From the NCBI GenBank assembly GCA_019056785.1, contig DXJV01000010.1, positions 1 through 21,908 of the forward strand: a stretch of 21,908 nucleotides of DNA, read 5' to 3'. This document shows, piece by piece, positions 15,538 through 21,908 of the stretch. A model generated the notes under the pieces. That model was not told the DNA's origin and searched no databases. It saw nothing but the letters and a program-made list of their open reading frames with translations. Origin of the DNA: Candidatus Heimdallarchaeota archaeon (GTDB lineage Archaea > Asgardarchaeota > Heimdallarchaeia > JABLTI01). How positions within the stretch are numbered: the stretch's first letter is position 1; every line of letters starts with the position of its first letter. Position numbers and translations under genes: made by a program.

Positions 15538-15639
15538 GTCTTCAACCTCAACTATTTATATGCAACACATACGAACTACAAATCGTTCGTAAGGGAACGC
15601 TCTGGTAGTTCCAGAGTGCTCGGTACAAAATGCTTTCGT

Positions 15640-15665
15640 TTGGTTATTTAAAAACTTTTTTTGAA
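15640..15665 (-). promoter_or_regulatory. Putative archaeal BRE/TATA promoter of the peptide gene
   Basis: Minus strand A-run then GTTTTTAAATAA, about 110 nt upstream of ATG 15537. Confidence 0.4.
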
Positions 15666-15774
15666 AATGCTTCCGACAAAAATATTTTTTCCCCCCAGAA
15701 GTCTTAAAAAAGAACCTATTATCAGCGTGATATCTAAAGAATGCGCAAATAAACTGCAGAATTAAAAGTAACGT

Positions 15775-15792
15775 GAAAAGAATTATTATAAG
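15775..15792 (+). promoter_or_regulatory. Putative BRE/TATA promoter of the 592-aa regulator
   Basis: GAAAAG-AA-TTATTATAAG about 30-40 nt upstream of the start codon. Confidence 0.4.
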
Positions 15793-15820
15793 CAATGGAT
15801 GTTAAAAATGCTCACAATGT

Positions 15821-17599
15821 GTGAAGTCCCTCATGAAAGAACGATTAACGACATTGATAAACAAAGTAGAAGTACTCCTACCAGACGACCGTAACCAAAT
15901 CTGCAAAATTTTAAATGCTGCTTTAAAGGATGTAATAGTATTTCTTTCCAAAACTATTGGTTACAAGCCGATTTTAGAACAACGACAGATCGTCCTCGCA
16001 CCATTAATCGAGGGATATGATGTTAATGTTGGGATAAAGTTCAGAGAACAAACTATAGAATTTGCCGAATGGATCTTTAATTTGCAACCTCGGCCAAAAG
16101 TGAATTTACTTTACTTTTTAATCGTAAAGTTAGCATTCCACCATTTTCTGCCGGAACAGCCAAATGAGGTTAAAGATGCATTTGTCAATATTGTAGCATT
16201 ATTGTGGTTGAAGGAACATTTTGGTATCAATTCACTCGATAACCCAATTTATGCATCAGTTACTACGAGAATTTATCCTGAAAGAATTGCAAAGTATTTC
16301 TATGTTCAATTTAATCGATTGTTAAATATCTTATTTATCAAGAATATCCCTTACCACGAAGTTTTTAAAGTTTTAGCAGAAATAGTAAGCCAACAGAACA
16401 TAGACTCGGAAGGAATTTTCAAGGCATTTAATGGCTGGGTAAACAGTTTAATAACTGAAATTGATGTCATTGCACCAATTTATTTAAAACCAAAATTAAT
16501 CCCAACTCTCGAGTTAATCGTAAAATGGGGCTACTCGAGAGGAACCACAGCAAATATTGCTAAAAAACTAAATTATCACATTAATTCTGTCGCACGGCAG
16601 TTTAGGGAATTGTCAACCAGGAACACTGCCTTCTGGAGGCCAATACTTAATCTGGAAAAATTAAAGTTAAATAACTATTTCTTGAAGGTAGTCCTGCCAG
16701 AACGAGGAGAAATGTACGAAAGAATCTATAAAATGCTCTGGGAAGAGCAGTATTTGAAATCCATTTACACCGGAGAGATCGAAGAGGGTAAAAAGGTCAT
16801 CTATTCTCCATCATTAATTTGTCCCCATCTTGTAAGTGAGCGGTTGAATGAACAATTGAGAAAATTTCAGGGTAAAGGATGGATTGACGATTTTAATTTA
16901 CAATTGATACGCGAACGAAATCATTACGGAGTAATCACCACAACAGAACAGAAACCGACCATTGAAACTATGGAGAAATTGTTATTTGAAAAGCAACCGG
17001 CATTTGATTTGCGAAAATTCGTCTTTGCAAGCGAAAAGAGAGATTTCTCAATGGAATTTGATGACCGGGACATTGTTCTAGATTACAACTTACTCTTCTT
17101 CCTCTCAGTACTAAAATGCAAATATTTGTTAAAATCCCGCTACGCAGCATATGTAAATGAGCTCCCAAAACTCTACAAGAAAAATAATATCCCCTTAACG
17201 GATGTAACCGCTCAGATAGTCTTTTTGAACCAGATTGAGATCCGAGCAAGAAGACGGAAAATACTTTCCTATGCACTTTTTATGAAGCGCTTCATTCCAA
17301 ATCGAGCAGACATCTTCATTTTTGAAATAAAGGCACTAGATGAGCAAGAAGAACGAAAAATAAAGCGTTTGGTAAAAGAATTACAAGTTTTCTCTTTCCT
17401 CGGCGAAATGGTCTTAGCAGACAAACATGTTTTTCCCCTCCCCGGGATATCAAGCAATCATCCAATAAAAGACTTAATCCAAAAGAAAATAGAAAAAACA
17501 GGTCTGGAATCAACTTATTATACTATAAGGCAGAGTAATAAAAAACTAGTGCCACTCCATGAACTCTATGATTACGAAAGTCAAAAATGGAAACTCTAA
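15821..17599 (+). CDS. Large putative transcriptional regulator: N-terminal ~210-aa domain, central HTH, Lrp/AsnC-like C-terminal domains
   Basis: HTH-like TTANIAKKLNYHINSVARQFREL followed by the Lrp/AsnC-type linker PILNLEKLKLNNYFLKV and beta-alpha-beta segments; a second similar module near the C-terminus. Start may be ATG 15833. Confidence 0.65.
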   Translation: MKSLMKERLTTLINKVEVLLPDDRNQICKILNAALKDVIVFLSKTIGYKPILEQRQIVLAPLIEGYDVNVGIKFREQTIEFAEWIFNLQPRPKVNLLYFLIVKLAFHHFLPEQPNEVKDAFVNIVALLWLKEHFGINSLDNPIYASVTTRIYPERIAKYFYVQFNRLLNILFIKNIPYHEVFKVLAEIVSQQNIDSEGIFKAFNGWVNSLITEIDVIAPIYLKPKLIPTLELIVKWGYSRGTTANIAKKLNYHINSVARQFRELSTRNTAFWRPILNLEKLKLNNYFLKVVLPERGEMYERIYKMLWEEQYLKSIYTGEIEEGKKVIYSPSLICPHLVSERLNEQLRKFQGKGWIDDFNLQLIRERNHYGVITTTEQKPTIETMEKLLFEKQPAFDLRKFVFASEKRDFSMEFDDRDIVLDYNLLFFLSVLKCKYLLKSRYAAYVNELPKLYKKNNIPLTDVTAQIVFLNQIEIRARRRKILSYALFMKRFIPNRADIFIFEIKALDEQEERKIKRLVKELQVFSFLGEMVLADKHVFPLPGISSNHPIKDLIQKKIEKTGLESTYYTIRQSNKKLVPLHELYDYESQKWKL

Positions 17600-17661
17600 T
17601 TTTTGAAAAACAAACGATATTAGAAAAACAGATTATTACAAAAAAGGAGGAAGAGAGGGGT

Positions 17662-18177
17662 TTAGATATAGAATATTATCGAAATAATAATTGCTATAAC
17701 ATATAAAGCAAAAGTTATCCAACCAAGAATAACTGCTGTAGTTCCTGTAGGAGTATCAGCCGCTTTCTGACCAAGCGTAATAGCAAGGATGGAACCAAGA
17801 CATGGTAAAATACCTACACATGAAAGAATCGCAAAGATTAGAGCGAGGGTCCCCTCGGAAGAATTCCTCGGACGAGTATTTGGAATATAAACAACCTTTT
17901 GTGGCGGGGGCATAGGATGTACAGGTTGATAAAAAGTGCCTTGAGCGGCGGGAGACTGTTGTTGAGTTGGCCCATAATAGTCCCGGGAGGAAGCCACCTG
18001 AGAAGAGCTATAGACAGAGACAGGTGAAACCTCATGGGTCTTAGATGGAATACCATCTGAAACTACTGGCTCTGAAAGTGCGTCTAATGAAGCACCACAA
18101 TTCGGGCAAAACTTTCCATCACTTGGAACAGCAAAAGCACAAAAAGGACAAATGTTTCTGAACTCATCTTTGTTCAT
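17662..18177 (-). CDS. Zinc-ribbon + Ser/Pro/Gln-rich linker + two-TM (DUF4190-like) membrane protein
   Basis: CPFC...FCPNCG zinc ribbon; low-complexity linker; ALIFAILS...LAITLG...AVILGWI TM pair. CAGGAG SD precedes ATG 18177, preferred over the ORF-track start at 18342. Confidence 0.85.
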   Translation of the reverse strand: MNKDEFRNICPFCAFAVPSDGKFCPNCGASLDALSEPVVSDGIPSKTHEVSPVSVYSSSQVASSRDYYGPTQQQSPAAQGTFYQPVHPMPPPQKVVYIPNTRPRNSSEGTLALIFAILSCVGILPCLGSILAITLGQKAADTPTGTTAVILGWITFALYVIAIIISIIFYI

Positions 18178-18606
18178 AATTTCTCTCCTGAAAGAAATTT
18201 CATTCCAATTTAAATTAGAAAAAGAAATTAATATACACTTTGATTTAGGAGCATCTACCTTCACTAACTTCACTCGTAAATTAAAAACCGGCCTAAACGA
18301 TCTTTTCAAATCAAAATAGCTCAGTATCTCATTAGATAGCAATCCACAAAACTCACAGATGAGTTAGAAAGAAGCCAGAGAGAAAATAAAAAACAAAAGA
18401 AAAGTGTTCTGAAAAATACCCTGAAAACACGAAAAAAAAGTGTTATTGTAATGCGTAAGAAATACGACGTAAATCGTAAGATGTAAGAAAAAGGGCTTTG
18501 CTGAGAAATACCACAACCGTCGCATTTATATGTAAAAAATAGAAACATAAGAACACAAAATAGTTGAGAGAAACTATGAAAAAAATCCCCGAGGGGAAAA
18601 AAGACA

Positions 18607-19746
18607 ATGTCTGAAGAAATTTTACAAGAAAAAGCCTTAGTAATAGATAACGGAACGGGACTATCGAAAAACGGCTACGCAGGAGAAGACCAACCAAGAA
18701 GCGTCTTCCCAACACTTATTGGTTATCCTAAATACCAATCAATTATGACTGATGTAGAACATTACGTGCGAGAGTACTATATCGGCGAAGAAGCTCTGAA
18801 TCTTCGTGGTGTCCTTCGCTTACTCTACCCCATTGCCCACGGTCAAGTTACTGACTGGGAGGCTATGGAGCGCATCTGGCACTTCACTTTCTACAATGAC
18901 TTACGAGAGAACCCAAATGAACACCCTGTTCTTTTGACTGAAGCTCCATTGAATCCTGAGCACAACCGTGAGAAGATGGCTGAGATCATGTTCGAGACTT
19001 TTGATGTTCCAGCTTTGTATGTTAGCATGCAGGCTGTTCTAAGTCTTTATGCCAGCGGTCGTACCACAGGTTTGGTTGTTGACTCTGGTGATGGTGTTAC
19101 TCACATTGTTCCAATTTACGAAGGTTTTGCTTTGACTCACGCTATTGACCGCATTGATTTAGCCGGTAGAGACATCACCAATTACTTCCGTCGACTCCTT
19201 CGTCAGAAGGGTTATTCATTGACCAGCAGTGCTGAGCTTGAAATCGTTCGTGATATCAAAGAGAAGCTCTGTTATGTTGCATTAGATCCTGAGAAGGAAT
19301 TACAATTAGCTGAAAAAGTCAGCGGTATGGAGAAGACCTATCAGATGCCTGATGGCAATGTTTTGACTATTGGCACTGAGCGTTTCCTTGCTCCTGAAGT
19401 TTTCTTCCAACCTCAACAGATTGGTAAGGAAGCCATGGCTTTGGACGACGCTATTTTCCAGGCTATCAACAAGTGCGATGTTGACCTTCGCCGCGAACTC
19501 TACCAGAACATCGTTTTATCTGGTGGTTCTACCATGTTCAGTGGTCTCAAAGAGCGTCTTCATAAGGAATTGACTGAGCAAGTTCCTGAAGGCATTGAAG
19601 TTAAGATCATCGCTCCTCCCGAGCGACGCTACTCTGTCTGGATTGGTGGCTCCATTCTCTCCAGTTTGAAGACCTTCCAGAAGATGTGGGTTACCAAGAA
19701 AGAATACAAAGATCTTGGTCCCAGCTCTGTTCTTCGATGCTTCTAA
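18607..19746 (+). CDS. Eukaryote-like actin (Asgard actin, Lokiactin-like)
   Basis: [114 protein letters not shown]-terminal RCF; 379 aa, no introns. Confidence 0.98.
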   Translation: MSEEILQEKALVIDNGTGLSKNGYAGEDQPRSVFPTLIGYPKYQSIMTDVEHYVREYYIGEEALNLRGVLRLLYPIAHGQVTDWEAMERIWHFTFYNDLRENPNEHPVLLTEAPLNPEHNREKMAEIMFETFDVPALYVSMQAVLSLYASGRTTGLVVDSGDGVTHIVPIYEGFALTHAIDRIDLAGRDITNYFRRLLRQKGYSLTSSAELEIVRDIKEKLCYVALDPEKELQLAEKVSGMEKTYQMPDGNVLTIGTERFLAPEVFFQPQQIGKEAMALDDAIFQAINKCDVDLRRELYQNIVLSGGSTMFSGLKERLHKELTEQVPEGIEVKIIAPPERRYSVWIGGSILSSLKTFQKMWVTKKEYKDLGPSSVLRCF

Positions 19747-19765
19747 TTTGCTACAAGCATTCCCC

Positions 19766-19800
19766 CCTTTTTTCTCTTTTTTTACTCACTCTTTTCTTTC
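19766..19800 (+). terminator. Oligo-T terminator region after actin
   Basis: Successive T-runs (TTTTTTT-CTC-TTTTTTT-ACTCAC...TTTTCTTT) 20 nt after the stop codon, as in archaeal terminators. Confidence 0.5.
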
Positions 19801-19966
19801 ACAGTTGTTTTGGTACCATCACAATTGTTTTCCCTAAAATAGTACATTCACCTTTGGTATGGTTGTGTCGCAACAATTCTGCTCTTCTACTCTTTAAAGT
19901 GAAACAGCTTTTAGACGTTTTATCTCATGAAAAGAAAAATAAACCAGAACGTTCTACTCTTCTCTT

Positions 19967-20260
19967 ATGACACTTCAAAAAGATGAAGAAATGCTCATTT
20001 TCCGTCTTAATAACCAGAAAGACACTTTCAAGCTTCTTATTATGCTCTGGAACCGTGGCAAACTTTATGGCTCAAAGATTCGCCGCTTGGGGATGAATGA
20101 CCGGACTCTCATCAAGGTTCGTGAGGTATTAGTTAGCTTTGGCCTTTTAAAGCTCACCACCATAGAGGGCTCTCGTCGCCTTTACTATGAACTTAGCGCC
20201 AAGGGGAAACGCGTTGTTGAAAAGCTTGTTGATCTGGAACGCACATTGCTTGCCGATTAA
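19967..20260 (+). CDS. Small winged-helix DNA-binding protein (MarR/HxlR-like)
   Basis: MNDRTLIKVREVLVSFGLL helix and the wing RRLYYELSAKGKRV. Confidence 0.8.
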   Translation: MTLQKDEEMLIFRLNNQKDTFKLLIMLWNRGKLYGSKIRRLGMNDRTLIKVREVLVSFGLLKLTTIEGSRRLYYELSAKGKRVVEKLVDLERTLLAD

Positions 20261-20320
20261 TTTTGTTTTGAGGAGGAGATGGGTAGTAATCATCTAATAC
20301 ATGGGGTAATAAGATGAACA

Positions 20321-20758
20321 TTGTGGTGGTATTCATTGTATCTTGCTGTTGATGGTATTCTCTTTCGTGAGGGGGAAGTGCTCCTTATTCGTCGTGCCGG
20401 TCGAACTTTTCATAACTATTGGGCCCTTCCCGGAGGGCGTGTTGAGGAAGGTGAAACTGTAGAAGAAGCATTAATTCGTGAAATCAAAGAAGAGGTGGGT
20501 GTTAATGCAATACCGGCAGCTATCCTTGGGGTTTATTCAAATCCTGAACGGGACCCGCGGGGGCATACAATTTCCATCGTTTTTATTTGCAACTTTTCTG
20601 GTGAACCCTCGGCTGGATCGGATGCTGCTATGTGCCAACTTGTCTCCCTTTCAAAAGCGCTCACACTCCCACTGGCTTTCGACCACCATCAAATCCTAAC
20701 TAATTTCAAACGCTGGCTTACCACCAAGGAAACGTTTTGGTCCACAAAAGTAAAATGA
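20321..20758 (+). CDS. NUDIX hydrolase (ADP-ribose pyrophosphatase-like)
   Basis: Nudix box GGRVEEGETVEEALIREIKEEVG; YSNPERDPRGHTIS; AGSDA; LAFDH. True start may be TTG 20336 (GGTGGT upstream). Confidence 0.93.
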   Translation: MWWYSLYLAVDGILFREGEVLLIRRAGRTFHNYWALPGGRVEEGETVEEALIREIKEEVGVNAIPAAILGVYSNPERDPRGHTISIVFICNFSGEPSAGSDAAMCQLVSLSKALTLPLAFDHHQILTNFKRWLTTKETFWSTKVK

Positions 20759-20819
20759 CTTAATCAATATCCTTTTACCAGAGAGGAGGCCTTATAAAAA
20801 CTATGAAAAAAATTCAGAT

Positions 20820-21317
20820 GTGAAAACTTTGGTTATAACCATTCGTGAACTCGAGGAGAAGGACATTCCTTCCTGCGTTGAAATGACCATAACATCTTTT
20901 CCTTGGACAGCTTACGGTCTGACAGCAGGGCAAGCCACGAAATTTTTCTTAGAACGCCTTTCCAAACAACTCGTTTTCGTTGCGGAAAACGAGGGAGAAG
21001 TAGTCGGCTTTATTGCACTAAAAAAGAATGTCCTCTTTGCAAACTATATTAGAAGGCTTGTTGTAAGTGAAAAGCACCGTAGCTTAGGCATCGGCTCAAA
21101 ATTACTTACATTCGTTGAAGAACTCACTTTAAAGGAAGACCACCTCCCAAACGTTTTCCTTCTCACATCAACTCAAAATTTACGCGCAATTACCTTTTAC
21201 CTCAGGAACAACTATCAAATCATCGGTAAGATAAAAGACTTTGTGGACACTGGCTTAGATGAGTACATTCTTTGGAAATCTTTTGGAACTATTAATGGTC
21301 TTGGAAAGTACCATTAA
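20820..21317 (+). CDS. GNAT family N-acetyltransferase
   Basis: IRELEEKD; VFVAENEGEVVGF; acetyl-CoA motif A VSEKHRSLGIGSKLL; N.RAITFY.RNNY. Confidence 0.92.
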   Translation: MKTLVITIRELEEKDIPSCVEMTITSFPWTAYGLTAGQATKFFLERLSKQLVFVAENEGEVVGFIALKKNVLFANYIRRLVVSEKHRSLGIGSKLLTFVEELTLKEDHLPNVFLLTSTQNLRAITFYLRNNYQIIGKIKDFVDTGLDEYILWKSFGTINGLGKYH

Positions 21318-21322
21318 TAATA

Positions 21323-21502
21323 CTACACCAAGGAACATAATAGTAAAAAGAATGACAATCTAAAAAAAAGGATATTCCCCCTTTTTTCACCGGAGAGCTC
21401 CAAACGGCGAATGTGAAGGGGGACGAAAGTCAGGAGATCGACCCAATAAGAACAAACAGAAGAGGAGAAAAATACCATGAGACCGATTAATAATTCCCTC
21501 AT
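21323..21502 (-). CDS. Possible 59-aa hydrophobic protein
   Basis: AAGGT SD-like sequence 4 nt before ATG 21502; MRELLIGLMVFFSSSVCSYWVDLL...FFRLSFFLLLCSLV*. No recognisable family. Confidence 0.3.
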   Translation of the reverse strand: MRELLIGLMVFFSSSVCSYWVDLLTFVPLHIRRLELSGEKRGNILFFRLSFFLLLCSLV

Positions 21503-21770
21503 TTTTACCTTTTTATTCTTTCAAAAAATTACTTTGATTTTTCTATAAAAAGTCTGCTTTTTCGGTGTTTGATTCTTTTAACTAACCAACATGAGGTTTC
21601 ACTGAATCGTTTAAGAAAATAGGCAGACAACTTTCAACAAGAAAACCCCCGTTCTAAAAAAATTGCACAGAAACTACAGTTTATCATTGTTTTTGTCTCA
21701 GTTTTTGCTCTTTTAATAGCCCATTCTCAAATAATTCATTGATAAACACTTAAAGGAGATCAACAACAAG

Positions 21771-21908
21771 ATGAAGAAAATTTCCCCGAAAATCGTTGCC
21801 CTTGCAATGTTAATACTGTCCTTTGTTGGTGCCAGCGCCTTTGGCATCAAAACCGCAGTCGCAGGCCGAAACTCCGGCGGCTTCGATAACGAATATGGTG
21901 ACGGCTCA
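21771..21908 (+). CDS. Second small putative secreted pro-peptide (runs off the window end)
   Basis: AAGGAGAT SD then MKKISPKIVALAMLILSFVGASAFGIKTAVAGRNSGGFDNEYGDGS..., open to the end. Same MKKxxPKI / hydrophobic core / IK / Gly-Asp tail layout as 15385-15537. Confidence 0.7.
   Translation, partial: MKKISPKIVALAMLILSFVGASAFGIKTAVAGRNSGGFDNEYGDGS

Noticed and set aside
15407-15795. ORF-track entries 15407-15592 (+) and 15556-15795 (-)
   Set aside because: The first is antisense to the better-supported peptide gene; the second is low-complexity translation of promoter DNA.
18178-18715. N-terminal extension of the zinc-ribbon gene and ORFs 18321-18548 and 18443-18715
   Set aside because: Phe-rich translations of A-rich intergenic DNA; a clear SD supports ATG 18177.
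18607-19746. Eukaryotic contamination, or MreB/crenactin
   Set aside because: The gene is intronless among prokaryotic genes, and its motifs are far closer to true actin than to MreB or crenactin.
20270-20320. In-frame ATG 20279 with TGA 20315 upstream of the NUDIX gene (possible selenocysteine or readthrough)
   Set aside because: The GAGGAGG element is too close to the ATG, the extension is not needed for a full Nudix fold, and I see no SECIS-like element.
1-21908. CRISPR arrays, tRNA/rRNA, IS elements, and remaining short overlapping ORFs
   Set aside because: No spaced direct repeats, cloverleaf or transposase motifs seen; the short ORFs overlap well-supported genes and lack motifs.

Overview
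A gene-dense, AT-rich prokaryotic window with no introns, most likely from an Asgard archaeon. The evidence is a eukaryote-like actin (18607-19746), a longin-like cytoplasmic domain on a surface receptor, an archaeal-type family B DNA polymerase, and archaeal TATA/BRE and SD-like signals. About 21 supportable CDS; no rRNA, tRNA, CRISPR array or transposase seen. Three genes are missing from the ORF track: a 3'-truncated PaaK-like ligase (1-485, minus) and two paralogous ~50-aa signal-peptide-bearing micro-proteins (15385-15537 minus; 21771 to window end, plus). Two candidate undescribed systems stand out. (1) A small exported pro-peptide gene sits divergent from a 592-aa regulator (possible degenerate zincin-like sensor + HTH + Lrp/AsnC-like domains), an arrangement reminiscent of bacterial peptide signalling (SHP/Rgg). 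(2) An SRAP/HMCES abasic-site protein lies directly upstream of a family B polymerase with intact polymerase motifs but a degenerate proofreading site, a possible damage-tolerance module. All domain calls come from reading motifs by eye; no searches were run.
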